This document shows, in pieces, positions 40,378 to 55,230 of a stretch of DNA of 64,000 nt (positions are counted from its first letter, which is position 1; each line of letters begins with the position of its first letter). A program made the position numbers and the translations under genes. The stretch comes from Octopus vulgaris (taxonomy: Eukaryota): NCBI GenBank assembly GCA_951406725.2, contig OX597823.1, positions 61,690,001 through 61,754,000 of the forward strand. Reading direction: 5' to 3'. The notes beneath the pieces were generated by a model, which made no database searches, was not told the origin of the DNA, and saw only the letters and a list, made by a program, of their open reading frames with translations.

Positions 40378-41061
40378 TGTATATATATATATATATGTGT
40401 ATATATATATATATATGACATGCTTCTTTCAGTTTCTGTCTACCAAATCCACTCACAAGGCTTTGGTTGGCCCGAGACTATAGTAGAAGACACTTCCCAA
40501 GGTGCCATACAGTGGGGCTGAACCCAGAACCATATGGTTTGGAAGCAAGCTTCTTACCACACAGCTATGCCTGCACCCATATATATGTGTGTGTGTGTAT
40601 ACAGGAAGGCATCATATGTCAATATTCTCACCCAATCCATATTTTTAAGCGTTCTTCTTTAATAATTCATTATATAAACCTGAAGTGTTATTGCCATTTA
40701 TGCCATGAGTTGATTCTAGTTGTTAAGATCAATATCATGTAGTGAATGTATTGCTAATCAAATTGATAGCCTTTATTGTGTTCCTTAGTTTGATAATGAT
40801 GTCTTTTCCTTTGTTTTTTTCCTTATGACATGATCATAATAAAGTTACTTTTAAAAAAAAAAAACAGAATTAGAAATATGTAAAGGTTATAGTAAGTATA
40901 AAAGTATAGCAAACATCAGATCATGTTAAGGAGGAACTTACTCCTTACATTGCATGAAAACTACATCACATTGTTGCTGTTGTTTAACACTAGATCTGTA
41001 GTTCTTAATCTAGGTCATAGTGCTTGCTTGTGGGTGTTGTGAACTCACAAGGGAACATAAA

Positions 41062-42002
41062 AATCAACAGCACTGGTACCACATAAAAATCACCAGTACT
41101 GATGCTACATAAAATGCACAGGTGCTGGTATAACATAAAAATAACCGGTGATAGTGCCACATAAAAAGCACTGGTGCTGGTGTCACATAAAAAGTACTGG
41201 TGCTAGTACCACATAAAAAGCACTGGTGCTGGTGTCACATAAAAAGTACTGGTGCTGGCACCACATAAAAAGCACTGGTGCTGGTGTCACATAAAAAGTA
41301 CTGGTGCTGGCACCACATAAAAGACACTGGTGCTGGTACCACATAAAAAGTACTGATGCTGGCACCACATAAAAAGTACTGGTGCTGGTACCACATAAAA
41401 AGCACTGGTGTTGGTGTCACATAAAAAGTACTGGTGCTGGCACCACATAAAAACCACTGGTGCTGGTACCACATAAAAACCACTGGTGCTGGTACCACAT
41501 AAAAACCACTGGTGCTGGCATCACATAAAAAGCACTGGTGCTGACATCACATAAAAAGCACTGGTGCTGGTGTCACATAAAAAGTACTGGTGCTGGCATC
41601 ACATAAAAAGCACTGGTGCTGGTGTCACATAAAAAGTACTGGTGCTGGTACCACATAAAAAGCACTGGTGTTGGTGTCACAAAAAAGTACTGGTGCTGGC
41701 ACCACATAAAAACCACTGGTGCTGGTACCACATAAAATGCACAGGTGTTGGTACCCCATAAAAATCCCCAGTGCTGGTACCACATAAAATGCACTGGTGC
41801 TGGTACCACATAAAAAGTACTGGTGCTGGTGTCACATAAAAAGCACTGGTGCTGGCACCACATGAAAAGCACTGGTACTGGTACCACATAAAAATCACCG
41901 GTGCTGGTGTCACATAAAATGCACTGGTGCTGGTACCACATAAAATTCACTGGTGCTGGTACCACATGAAAATCACTGGTGCTGGTGCCACATAAAAGCA
42001 CT
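41062..42002 (+). repeat. 26-bp minisatellite (about 36 copies) attached to an RTE-type 3' end
   Basis: Unit cacataaaaag(c/t)actggtgctgg(tgt/cac/tac). It runs directly into the RTE 3' UTR and (ATG)n tail at 42003-42147. Confidence 0.92.
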
Positions 42003-42930
42003 TGGTACACTCTGTGGAGTGGTTGGCCTTAGGAAGAACATCCAGCCATAGAAACAATGCCAGAACAGACATTGGAGCCTGCTGTGGCTCCTGACCCTAA
42101 CAGCTCTGGTCAACCCAATGAGGATGATGATGATAATGATGATGATGTCTAATGTGTGTTGCCCCACCCCTTTTAAGACAATGGACTGCGATTTAAGAGA
42201 GGGAGAGGGAGAGAGAGTACTTTATAGAAATATCAGGGTTACATGACCTTCTCGGCTGAAGTTAATTTATTTTATAATTGAATGTAAATTCTCTCTTATT
42301 TTGTTATGAGACTGACTGCCATCTTCCCAGTGTCCCTAATACAGAAGAATAGGCAAATTCTGTCATTCACATTCAAGGTGGTCTCCATGATGAAAAGGAA
42401 ATGTAATGGCAATTAACAGGAAGTTACTGATGATTGGTAGAAGAGGAGGAGGGAGAAGGGAAGGAGCAGGCAGGAATGAAGAAGAAGTGGAGGAGGAGGA
42501 GGAGGCGGAGGAGGAAGTGGTAGTGGTGGCGATGGTGGCGGCGGCGGTGGTGGTCGTGGTGGTGGTGGTGTTGGAAGAGGAGGAGGAGGGGAGGTGGGGG
42601 AGGGGAAGGACAGATGCAGCAGCAGCAGCAGGAGAGAAATAATAAATGGTAAATGCTTAATAAACATTGAAATATAATAGGGTTGGAAGTTGGAATGGAG
42701 CTATTAGACAAGAATTGAAGGTAGTGTAAAAGAGAGAGAGATTTATAGTCTAGACTAAATTGATAATACAAATCTTGTAAAGGATACCATTCTCTGGCAA
42801 TAAAGTGAAAGTCTTGATATAGTCTTACAGTACTGAGAGAGTTAATATGGTCTAGTTGTGAGTCAATAATAGGTTAAAAACAATGTAATATAGTCCAACA
42901 ATTGTGGGTCAATAATAATATGGTCTAACA

Positions 42931-43147
42931 AAGGTGGTGAGCTGGCAGAAACGTTAGCACACTGGGTGAAATGCTTAGTAGTATCTCATCTGTGTTTGCG
43001 TTCTGAGTTCAAATTCTGCTGAGGTCGACTTTGCTTTTCATCCTTTTGGGGTCGAAAAATTAAGTACCAGTTGCACACTAGGGTCAATCTAATCAACTGG
43101 CCCCCTCCCCCAAAATTTCGGGCCTTGTGCCTAGAGCAGAAAAGAAT
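42931..43147 (+). mobile_element. SINE family B with target-site duplication
   Basis: Flanked by aataatat(g/a)gtctaaca on both sides. Confidence 0.85.
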
Positions 43148-44584
43148 AATATAGTCTAACAGGGTCTAACAGTAGTGAAAGAGTCAATGCAGGTCAACAG
43201 TAGTAAGTCATTATAAGTCAAACAACTGTTAGTCAATATAGTTCAACGACTGTGAGTCAATAATATAGTCTTACTGAGTCTAACAGAGTCTACCAGTAGT
43301 GTGTGTGTGTATGTATTTATATGTACATATATATATGTATGTACGTGTGTGTGTGTGTGTGTGTGTGTGTGTATTTGTGTATGTGTGTGTGTGTGTGTAC
43401 ACATATTATGTGGGCGATATTTTTGACCAAGACATTATAATCATATTTGATTCTTCAAATGTTGCAATTCTGTGTATGTACATGTATTTTTACTAGATTG
43501 CTTGACATTTATCTTCCTCGTGACCGCCATTTAACCAAAGCCTGCATACATGCCCCAAATGCACCAGGGCCTGTTGCACAAGTATCAGTGTAATAGCTAA
43601 TTAAGGGCTTGCTACTCTTTCTCATGATCTTCGGATACAAAAAAAAAATGCCATCATATCATTATTATATTATATTGACATGTAATAACATAATTGAAGT
43701 AATGCTACAGGATATGAAGCTGTAACTCTTTTCTTCAAATTAAATACAGCAGATTCTCTTAAATTGTTTCTCATCAGTTAATATCTCTGACGCCAGTACT
43801 CTTTCTATAGATTTAATGACAATATCTGTACCTAAATATAACTTAACCATTTCTGCCATATTTTACCCACTACTCATATGTTAAAAAAAAAAGGAAAAAA
43901 GAGGGAGGTATCACATTTCAGCCATTACTTTTTTTTTGTTTCCATGTCAATATGAGATCAGCCAAAAACTTCATGTCTTATTGGGACAATAAATAACCAA
44001 CCGACTGCCTATAAATAAAGAAAACTATTTCCATCTAAAAGCCAACTCTAATTGCATGGAATATTTTGACAGCAATCTAAATCAGAGACTCTTCATGAGA
44101 TTTTCGAGATACTGCATAATTGCTTTAGATTATTGATAAAGAGGGTCAAGTAGGAAGAGAAGCAACTCTAATTCAGCTGTAAATCTTCCTGTTTTGTAGT
44201 ATTTTGTTAAACCAAACACATATCCTATAGAAGCATCATTCAAAGTTTCCAGTTCAAACTTTTCCTGATAATAAACACATTGCCAAAGTAGATATGAGTT
44301 TAAATTAGATATAATTGTTTTGATTATTTATTGTATAATTTATTTATTCATTCTTTTCATTCTTCAACTAGTGTGGGTCACTTGACTGTAAACCATGTAT
44401 AAGTTTTGATTATAATTGTACTGTGGATAACTAGTAAGACTAAACTGGCTGGTTGAAAACTTTGCAAATTTTAGTTATGTCCCCTATATTCTGCCTTTAA
44501 CCCTTTAGCATTTCAATTGGGCCATAACCAGCCCAAATATTTTGTTTTATATCCAAACTGGCCAACAGTAACATTCTAAAAATT

Positions 44585-44768
44585 GTGGATATGTGGAAAA
44601 AAGCTTGCTTCCTAACCACACAGATCTGGGTTCAGTACCACTGTGTAGTACCTTGGACAGGTATCTTCTATAACAGCCTCGGGCTGACTAAAGCCTTGTG
44701 AGTGGATTTGGTTGATGGAAACTGGAAGAAGCCTATCATATATATATATATATGTGTGTATGAGCATG

Positions 44769-44803
<35 letters not shown>

Positions 44804-45028
44804 CCTCGCGTGTATGTCTGTTTGTCCCCCACCACTGCTTGACAAGATGTGTAGGTGTGTTTATGTCCCTGTAACTTAGTGGCTTGGCAAAAGTGACTGA
44901 TAGAATAAGTACCAGGCTTACAAAAAAGTAAGCACTAGGGTCGATTCATTTGACTAAAAAATTCTTTGAGGTGGTGCTCCAGCATGGCCACAATCTAATG
45001 ACTGGAAGCATTTAAAAGACAAAAGATA
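44585..45028 (+). mobile_element. SINE family A
   Basis: Diverged near-full-length copy. Confidence 0.8.
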
Positions 45029-46069
45029 CCATCGACATTTCAATGCCACAAGTTAATGCGTGATTAATTCAAAACAGTATAAATAAATAAGCATTGCATT
45101 TGACAGAATAATAACTTGAATGCTTAGAGGGTTAAATCTCACCAAGGGTGTCATCTTTATCTTATATTCACCACCAAGTCAATAAAATAAGGGGTGGGCA
45201 AGAAGGGGAGCATTTGTGCAACAGCCCTGTCTCCATCAAACTCTTCACTACCACCACCACCACCACAACGACTACTACAACCACTACCACTACCCCTGTC
45301 GGTTCAATAAGAAAAATAAGACAAGTGTCAGCCATGTAGAGTGAAGAAGCTCTTCCTCCCACCTTTGTGGCATTGTGCCGAAGCAAAAACGATTGTTGCT
45401 TATTTGACCAGTAGTACATCTTGAGAAACTCGTTGAGTTTTATAAATAGAAATTATTACAGCAATTTTTGTAAAGTCTTCAAGATACAGACATAAACAAC
45501 AAAAAGGAATGAAATAAATAAATACATAATAAAAAGCAATAAGCTGAACCTACATATGTAGAAACAACTGTAATTTATTCTGGAAAAGCACTTGAGCAAA
45601 AGTGTTTGTGTATTTTCTATTATACAAAAATATTGCTGATTGGCTGGTCACCCAGCCAGAGTACTATTAACAAGACTGTAGCTACATCAACGTTAGATGA
45701 ATGCTGCAAGCCAAAAAATATCAATACGTGAAGAGGAAGATGACAGTCATGAACTATGAGTTTTTTTTTTTTATTTTTTGCTTTATTTATTATTTTTTTT
45801 ACTTGCTTCACCCATTGAACTGTGGCCATGCTGGAGCACTATAATGACGTGGGGTTAGTTAAACAGATTGATGTTGGTTCTTGTTGTTTGAGTCTGGCAC
45901 TTTTATACTACTGGTTGCTCTTTGCCGCACTGCTAAGTTAGGGGGATGTAAACAAACCAACATAGGTTGTTAAGTGGTGCTGAGGGACTAACATGATAAA
46001 AGCACATTATATACGTGGTGCATCCCAGAGGTTTTCAGTCATTTTAGAGAGATTATTGTAATTTCAGTA

Positions 46070-46680
46070 CTCTTTTTACTTGTTTCAGTCATTTGACTGT
46101 GGCTATGCTAGAGCACCGCCTTTAGTATAGCAAATCGACCCCAGGACTTATTCTTTGTAAGCCTAGTACTTATTCTATCAGTCTCTTTTGCTGAACCGCT
46201 AAGTTACGGGGATGTAAACATACTAGCATCAGTTGTCAAGCGATGTTGGGGGGTCAAACATATACACACACATGCAAATATATATACATATATACGACAG
46301 GCTTCTTTCAGTTTCCGTCTACCAAATCAACTCACAAGGCTTTGGTCAGCCCAAGGCTATAGCAGAAGACACTTGCCCAAGGTGCCACACAGTGGGACTG
46401 AACCCAGAACCATGTGGCTGGTAAGCAAGCTACTTACCACACAGCCACTCCTATTTTTTATCTTCTACTTGTTTCAGTCATTAGACTGCAGCCATGCTGG
46501 AGCACTGCATTGAATTTTTAATCAAATGAATGAATCAACCCCAGTACTTATTTTCAAAGCCTGGTACTTATTCTATGGGTCACTTTTGCTGAACCACTAA
46601 GTCACAGGGATGCAAACACACCAGCATCAGTTGTCAAATGGTGGGTGAAGACAAACACAAACACAAAGACACATACATAG
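46070..46680 (-). mobile_element. SINE family A, full copy plus adjacent 3' half
   Basis: Reverse-complement copies at 46070-46452 and about 46460-46680. Confidence 0.8.
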
Positions 46681-46702
46681 ATACACATACACATACATAT
46701 CA

Positions 46703-46771
<69 letters not shown>

Positions 46772-46780
46772 TATATATAT

Positions 46781-47299
46781 ATGATAAGAAGAAAACGAAG
46801 AGCTTGAAAGATAAACATCAATTTATTAACATATTGTCAATTTCATATTACCTACAATCGTTTCCATACCCAATTCATTCAAATTACAAATAATAAATTA
46901 AAGATGCATTTTGAATATAGTGAGTTGAATATTTCTTCAGTGTGAGAAATCAACACAAAAAGGAATCACATATGCATATCAATTAAGAGAATTCTCATCC
47001 TGAAGAAATATTCAACTCACTATATTCAAAATGCATCTTTAATTTATTATTTGTAATTTGAATGAATTGGATATGGAAACAATTGTGGGTAATATGAAAT
47101 TGACAATATGTTAATAAATTGATGTTTATCCATCAAACTCCCCATTTACTTCTTACCATAAACAAAAATGAAAATATACCCGTTGGTATCAAAGTAAAAA
47201 CTAACATCTTTTTAGTATTTCACCGTTACATAGGATGAAACTGGGGAAACTTGGATGCTAACATCCATTCAAGAGGTATCTCTATCCTCACAATAACAA

Positions 47300-47300
<1 letters not shown>
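46781..47300. mobile_element. Fold-back insertion in (TA)n, probably PLE-derived
   Basis: Inverted arms about 46783-46940 and 47000-47159. Each arm has a CTGAAGA...GAAAC motif followed by AATAAA. TA arrays flank both sides. Confidence 0.65.
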
Positions 47301-47335
<35 letters not shown>

Positions 47336-47352
47336 GTATACATATACATACA

Positions 47353-47466
<114 letters not shown>

Positions 47467-47599
47467 TATATATATTATGTATGCATGTGTGTGTGTGTAG
47501 ATGGGCTTCTTTTAGTTTCTGCTTTGGTTAGCCCAAGGCTGTAGTAAAAGACTCTTGCCTAAAATGCTACACAGTGAGACTGAACCCAGCTTCTTACCA

Positions 47600-48272
47600 C
47601 ACATGAATCTAATAAGCTTAGCTGCCAACTTTTATTACCCTAGACTAACTGCACTTTGAACAACTTTGAACATACCTACTAAACACCTGTCACAGTTGAC
47701 TGGACTGCAGAATGCAGTCAGGATTTGAAAAAAATATGTTTTCACTATGTAATAAAGCTTTGTGTTAAACTGGACAAAACATACAGAACTTTTGAAATGC
47801 ACTAGACTACTTACGGGTTAAATTTTTCCACTGGCACAAGAGGTGTGGAACAGAGAGAGATGCCAGAACATTAGAGCTGATTAAGAAAATTTGCAATTTT
47901 CAGTTTTCTGGATGAAACCATTGTGGAGTTGGTATGGCAACTGGACACGGAATTATTCATGTAGATTTGAACATGCACAAAATTTGCGCAAAGTTTGTTT
48001 CCAGAGTATTCAGTGATGAACATCCTGGTAACCAACTATTTGACAGAGATGGGCATTACAACTCCTTCACTCTCTCCCTACAGTCCAGATCTTGCTTCTT
48101 GTCACTTTTGGTTGTTTCCCAAGCTGAAGTAGAACCTCAGAGATAGTCGTGGCTTAAGTACTACACAAGGGCATTGAAATCAGAGAATCCTACTTTGAAG
48201 GAGAAAAGGTGTTTTGTGCTTTGAAACTAATAAATGCTTATCCTAAAAAGTCTGAAAACTTCTGGAATGCAC
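47600..48272 (+). mobile_element. Highly degraded mariner remnant
   Basis: Fragments IIHVDLNMHKICAKFV and HSPYSPDLASCHFWLFPKLK (mariner YSPDLAP.D..LF motif). Confidence 0.75.
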
Positions 48273-48288
48273 CTTTATTCATGTATGC

Positions 48289-48648
<360 letters not shown>

Positions 48649-49704
48649 GTAAATTTATTGTTGTTGTTTAACTTACAGTTGATTTTGATTGAGCAATCCT
48701 ATGACTGAAGAGATTCCACCATGATCACCACTACACATTTTTTTTTTCCAGATATACCAGTCAACTACTGTCTCCCTCTAAAAATTTAGAGTCTTGGACT
48801 TATGTTAGAAGCTATTAATATTTATTATGGATGTTTTGATCAATTTCTGTGCTGAAAAACATTACTACCACCAATTCATTCACTCATTGACCCCCTCTAA
48901 ACATAAAAACCAGGAAATTTTTGAAGTCAGACATGTTCTTTCAAGCTCAAATTCTTCAACACATCTTCGCCATTCTCCACACATTGTTCACCTTCATTCA
49001 CACAACTTCAGTTTAAATAATCCGGCTATATAAACAAAACATTGAAAGATATGAATGAAAAATCTATTTTCTTGGTGATTTGATATATAACACAGAAATA
49101 TGAAACTCTAGAGAGAAATTAATTATCTTTAATGGGACTATAATCTTTAGGAAAAGCAATAACCATTCCGTTTTCTATTGATTTTACATTCCTTGATGTA
49201 TAGCTGTTGCTGTAACTATTTCTAACAATAATCAATAACGCTGTGAACAAACTCTTTAAATTTCTCCAACGTTTATTACAAGGAGCTTTCACATATCATG
49301 AGACAATCGTTGAACAGAGGCTTTTGATTTTAATAGCTGTTGTGATTCCAAAGTTTTTAGTTGCTGTAATAGACTATTTGAATAGTTTCATTTTCAAATG
49401 GTTTTCGAATAATCATTTTGGCCATTTGGTATCATCGTAAATAAAAGCGAATGTTTCATGGCCGAATGCACTTTCTGTCACTAATATGGTTTATTTGTGA
49501 TCAACGCAAAATGAGATTTTTACTTAAAATAAATACAAAAATGATAGAAAAAAACCAGCTCTCACAAAACACAACCAGTTAACTTATATACATATATCAA
49601 CTTTGAACTCAATTTTCAACAACTAGTTCTACTTCTTTTCATAGCAAATATATATTCACTTATTTATTTATTTATTTATTTAGAAGTATTCTTTCCTTTT
49701 ATTC

Positions 49705-50077
49705 TTTTACTTGTTTCAGTATTTTGATTGTGGCTGTGCTGGAGCACTGCCATGAAGGGTTTTAGCCGAACAAATCAACCTCAAAACTCTTTTTGTTAAG
49801 CCTGGTACTTATCCTTTTGGTCACTTTTGCCAAACTGCTAAGTTAGAGGGACATAAACACACCAACACCAGTTGTCAAGTGGTGATAAGGGGGGACAAAC
49901 ACAGACACAAAGACACATACAAACACACACACACACACATATATATATGTATATATATACAATGGCTTCCTTCGGTTTCCAGATACCAAATCTCGCAAGG
50001 CACTTGCCCAAGGTGTCACATAGTGGGACTGAACCCGGAACCATGTGGTTGGGAAGCAAGCTTCTTACCACACAGCC
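49705..50077 (-). mobile_element. SINE family A
   Basis: Reverse-complement copy with an internal deletion. Confidence 0.8.
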
Positions 50078-50994
50078 AGGAATCATTTTCCTATCCTGGC
50101 AAAGCAGAATATTTCCTAGAGGACAATAAATATACTGTCCAGTGTAGCGCTCTATATTAGTAAAACATGGACTTTGTGAAACAATCAAACTGTTTCACTG
50201 GGTTATGATTATATGGATGTAACAAGGAAATATTTAAGTTATAAAAAAAAGTATCCTTTGTTACATCTGAGAAAGGACTAAGATCAGTTTGATACTGAAG
50301 ATGACATCACCTATGGTAATGGTTTGGTCAATGTATGAGTGTAGGAGACAATAACCAAAGAAGTCTATCAATATTGAGATAGTTGTTATCTGATGCTGGG
50401 CAGACAATAACCCGGGCCATCTTAGTAGCCTTATAGATCCCAGAGCAAATCAATTAATTGGACCTTGAGTATTTATTGACAGCAGGCCACAGCATATATA
50501 CACCAGTATTTGGTCCCCTACATCCATGAGGCCCAGTGTGTCCATGTCTTAAGGTGGTCCTGATAACAACAACAAAAGTGACTTGAAATTTGACAGAGAA
50601 GAATGGTTCAAAGATATTGCTGGACTGCCAAAGATGTCACTGGACAGCCAAAGGGATCAACTGGACAGTCAAAGGAACCTCTATACAGCCCATGGAATTA
50701 ATGGACAGCCTACGAAATCACTGGACAACTAAAGGAATCAATGGGCAGATATCAAAAGTAGTACAGGCTGACCAAAAATAAAGAAGAACTGGTAAGGCAA
50801 GACGTGACCATGCTGATTTGATTTCAATTATGCTTAATCCTTGTACACAGAGAATTAAGATAGAAGGTTCAACACTAAACTATTCTGTAACTTGTCTTCC
50901 ATTACAATTGATATAGTCATGTTCTATATTGTTCAAAATTTGTCAATATTCCATAGGAATGTGAGCAAAAGAGGCAGTTATAAATATAAAATTT

Positions 50995-51460
50995 CAATGA
51001 AGTGAGTTCATGGCTTGCAGGACGGCCTGCTGTGCTAACCTTGGATCGTAGAGTGACCCACTGTTCTTGAGGAGACCTGTTGAGTCAAGTTCGTCAACAT
51101 CAGAAATTCGAATGGTAATTGTAGTTAAGACACCAGTGCTGATGACACGCAAAAGCACCGTTCGAGTGTAGCAGTTACTAGTGTCACCTGACTGGCATCC
51201 GTGTTGGTGACATGTAAAAGCACCAACTGATTGTGGCCGTTTGCCAGCCTGCGCTGGCTCCTGGGCCGGTGGCATGTAAAAAACACCCACTACACTCACA
51301 GAGTGGTTGGCGTTAGGAAGGACATCCAGCAGTAGAAACACTGCCAAATCAGACTGGAGCCTGGTGCAGCCTCCCTGGCTTACCAGACCCCGGTCGAACC
51401 GTCCAACCCATGCTAGCATGGAAAACGGACGTTAAATGATGATGATGATGATGATGATGA
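50995..51460 (+). mobile_element. RTE 3' UTR fragment
   Basis: Same 3' UTR family as 29640-30108, ending ggacgttaaa(tga)n. Confidence 0.8.
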
Positions 51461-51814
51461 TTCAAAATGTTTATAAAATCAAAGAATCGACAAAAGTTAG
51501 AGCCAACGGTAGAGATTTGTAATATATGGTCAACAGGGGATAGGGGGTCTATGTATGCAATGCATGCACTGCTTGCATTACTATTTTCCCACAATAAATA
51601 ACTTTTGTATAATATATAATATAATATATAATTGATTATTGATCATTTTCACGAGATTTTTTGTAGTCATATTTACTTTTATGTTGCATTCTTTCATTTC
51701 TTAGTATAAATTGTAATCAATCGATATTATTTAACAAGTGTAAGTAGTGAAAGCTCCTGTTTGCTTTGTGAGAAAAGAAGGAAAAGCTATGAATTAATGG
51801 CTTTCCTGTTCTTT

Positions 51815-52180
51815 TGAGAATGGAGTGTCAACAAGAAGGACAAAACAAATGAGCGAACGGTCAGCAAAGAGAAAGGCAAATTTTTCTGCTTGCTTTCAGT
51901 CAGTAACAGCAATGCTATTAGTCTCTTCATATTCTGTTATTCTCTTCAAGAATGGGGTGTCAAAAAGAGAGACAAAATAAACAAGTGAGTGGTCAACACA
52001 AACAAAGGCAAAGGAAAGCAAATTTTTACTGCTCCCTTTCAGTCATAGTAAGAGCAGTAGTATTACTTTCTATGCATTCTATTATTTTGAAGGGTGCACC
52101 AAAAAGAGGGACAAAATAAAAAATAATAAGTGAATGGTCAAGAAGGAGAAAGTAGATATTTTACTGCTTGCCTTCCAGCA
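51815..52180. repeat. Degenerate tandem repeat, about 135 bp, 3 copies
   Basis: Recurring gtgtcaa..agag.gacaaaa.aaa...ggtca...aaatttt.ctgct blocks. Confidence 0.6.
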
Positions 52181-52610
52181 GTGTTAAGCCGGCAGACATG
52201 CTGTCAACTGTATTTTTCTCTTGAAGTGCTGACGTTTTTATTGTCCTGGGCAGATAAGATAAAAAATTTGCCTATTCAGAGGACTTTCCTGAGGCTTTCT
52301 TCATAGTTGGACAGATTTCGACAAGAAATGTCAATTTAGTTAATTTGCAAGTTTGCTTTATATATATTTCATACGCGGTACCGAAGAGTACACATTTTAT
52401 TTTTTTATCTTCTCCTTGTTTCAATCAGTAGATTGTGGCCATGCTGGGAGCAACACCTTAAATAAATGAATCTACCACAGTACTTTTTTTAAAACCTGGT
52501 GCTTTTTCTTTTGGTCTCTCGTGCCAAACCACTAAGTTACGGAAACATATACACACCAATGCCAGTTGTCAAGCATTGATGAAGGACAAACAGAAACACA
52601 AAGACACACA

Positions 52611-52655
<45 letters not shown>

Positions 52656-54330
52656 CAATGGGTTTTTTTTCAGTTTGTCTCTATCAAGTCCACTTACAAG
52701 GTTTTAGTTGGCCCATGGCTATAGTAGAAGTCTTGACCTGGAAACCATATGGTTGGGAAGCAAACTTCTTACCACACACCCACCCTTGCTTTCTAAAAAG
52801 ATTTAACCAATGGAGAGTGTATTTTGATCTTTTCTTAAGACCTTGATTCAGTCATGTGGTGTGTGTGTGTGTGTGTGTGTGTGTCTGTGTGATTAAAAAG
52901 TAAAGTTTTCATCCATTCATTCATCCCAATGCTTTAAAATTTAATTTTAAATAGTTAAAGTTATTTAAGAAAAGTTACATAGAAAAGTAAACTAGCCCCT
53001 AAAATTATTTATTAGCACAAAGCTTCGATTCATTTAAAACAATTATAAACCAGTAGAATTTCTGGACTACTGCTTACTTAGAAAAAAATTATAATTATAA
53101 AATAAAAAAAAATTAGAATGATCTGACTGATGCTTTTTTTTTTTCAATCAGCTTTGTTAGACTCTCCTGTAAAAAACACATCGTTTTTAGTAAATTTTTT
53201 TCTGATTTTGTTTCTACATTTAATGTTCTTTCAAAACTAGGCATGGTTCAACATGGCTATAATATTCCTTTCTAATGCAGCCACAAGGGCTGAAATATGG
53301 TGGCAATGGGTCTAGTTGATTACATTGACACTAAACTTAACTAGTGCTTAATTTATCAAGCCCAAATAGATGAAAGACAAAGTTGACTCTAGCAGAATTT
53401 GGAACTCAGAGCACAAGTGCCGGTGAAATATTGCAAAGTATCTTGTCCAACTTGCTAACAACTCTACCAGCTTGCTGCCTCAATATTAGAAGTGGGAGTA
53501 TTTCTGTTTCAAAGTTTTTGAGCAGTAATTAATAGGAAAAGTGCTTTTTTTATTTGATGATAATTTTTATTAAAAAAAAGTAGGGTCGAGATCTTTTCTA
53601 TAAACTCACGAAAAAGAGAAAATCCAGACAACTACACGACTTATTTTGAATATACTAGTTAAGCAGTAGTCAGTGTGTCACACGACCTTATATGTGAAGG
53701 ATTGGTGCGGAGCAGAAGATGTGGAGCTGCCAATGCTTCAAAGGATTTGCGCAAAAGAAAAACAAAAACAAACACTTATTGAAATCAGCTAATCAAATTT
53801 GATGCCACTTATATTAAGGGGCAGTCTGAAAAATTTTTTTGCGCTCTAATCATGGGATTCCTGTATATATTTTGGAAATGTCTCTATGTACGTTTCTCAT
53901 ATCTTATTAACTACTTCAAAACAGTTCTTTGTAGTGGGGAACTAATTTCATTTTCAAACTCCCCATATCTCAAAACATATAATACTACACTTTCCATCAA
54001 AAACAGGGGAAGGTGGAACACTCGGAAATTCCACCCCCTATCCTCAATGCGTGTGGTGGGGTGGACTGCATTCCCTAGTTTCCTAGTCACCGTTTACCAC
54101 TGATGGTCAACTGTAACAGAATTTTCTCAAAGAACTTCCTGCAAAGTTTAAATGAAATTCATTTTCACATCACTGTCTGTATATTAACATAGATTGTGCA
54201 TTTCTGAAAATTTAGATGCTTTTTCAATTAGCAGAACATGGGTTTTATAGCAGAGTGGGCATTCACACCTTCAACATCACCTCGGATTATGAAGTGCTAA
54301 TTGCCAGCTGAACAAAGCATTATGTATGCT

Positions 54331-54366
<36 letters not shown>

Positions 54367-54559
54367 CAGTTAGAATTCAAAGACATAAACTATTTTATTA
54401 TGTACCATTGTCTTCATCATCATCATCAGCACCATAACCACCACCACCACCACCACTACCACTACCACCACCACCATCATCACTATCACCATGGTCGTAG
54501 TCATCATCGTCATTACCATCATTGTTGTCGTCATCCTCATCATCATCATCATCAATTTT

Positions 54560-55230
54560 CATCACCATTCTTACCATGATGGCATGGGCTAGACAAAATT
54601 TCTTCAAAGCAGTACTCTATGGCCAAGTACTCTTCCCTTCCCAGTGCTGACCATTTGATTGGTTTTTCAAGCATCATGTGCTTTGAGTTGCAAGATATAC
54701 ACAGCCATTTTTGCTGCCCAAGTTGTATGCAGAAACAACCATGGGCTGGATAGTTTTACTTTTACCAGAGATGGTAAGGCCAGGGCCCACACCAGACTCC
54801 ATTATCTATTCTGGTATGGTTTCTATGGGAGGATGCTCTTCCTGATGCCAACCATTCCACAGAATGTACTGTGTACTTTTTATGTGGCACCAGCACCAGT
54901 GCTTTTTATGTGGCACCAGCTCTGCTATAATGGATGGGTCTTCTTGAGTACAGCAAGGTGCCAGATATCTCAGTCATTGGACATCACCTTCGTAAGGCTC
55001 AGTGTCTTGAGAACAGTCTACAGTACTTCAGCTCCTGTCTTCTTGGGGCTCTCTTTTCCACATGTTCCATCCATTGTAAGTGATTGGCACTTCTGTATGC
55101 AACTGTCTACATCCATACACATCACATGACCAAACCAGCACAATCTCCTCTCTTGCACACAGCATATAATTCCTCTTATGCCCAACTTTTCTCTCAATAC
55201 ACTAGCACTCTGTCACACATATACACTGAC
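54560..55230 (-). mobile_element. RTE 3' fragments
   Basis: RTE-type 3' UTR with two units of the 26-bp motif (about 54875-54920) and an ORF C-terminal remnant. Confidence 0.65.

Noticed and set aside
41062-42002. Possible CRISPR-like array
   Set aside because: Units are contiguous 26-mers with no unique spacers, there are no cas genes, and the context is eukaryotic. It is a minisatellite.
42406-42771. Glu/Pro/His-rich ORFs (also 48209-48652 and 54301-54607)
   Set aside because: Low-complexity trinucleotide and tetranucleotide repeats without splice or homology support.
43500-44350. Possible degraded hAT-like transposase (also 49170-49500 and 34030-34900)
   Set aside because: Too decayed to identify motifs by eye. 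It needs a translated profile search.
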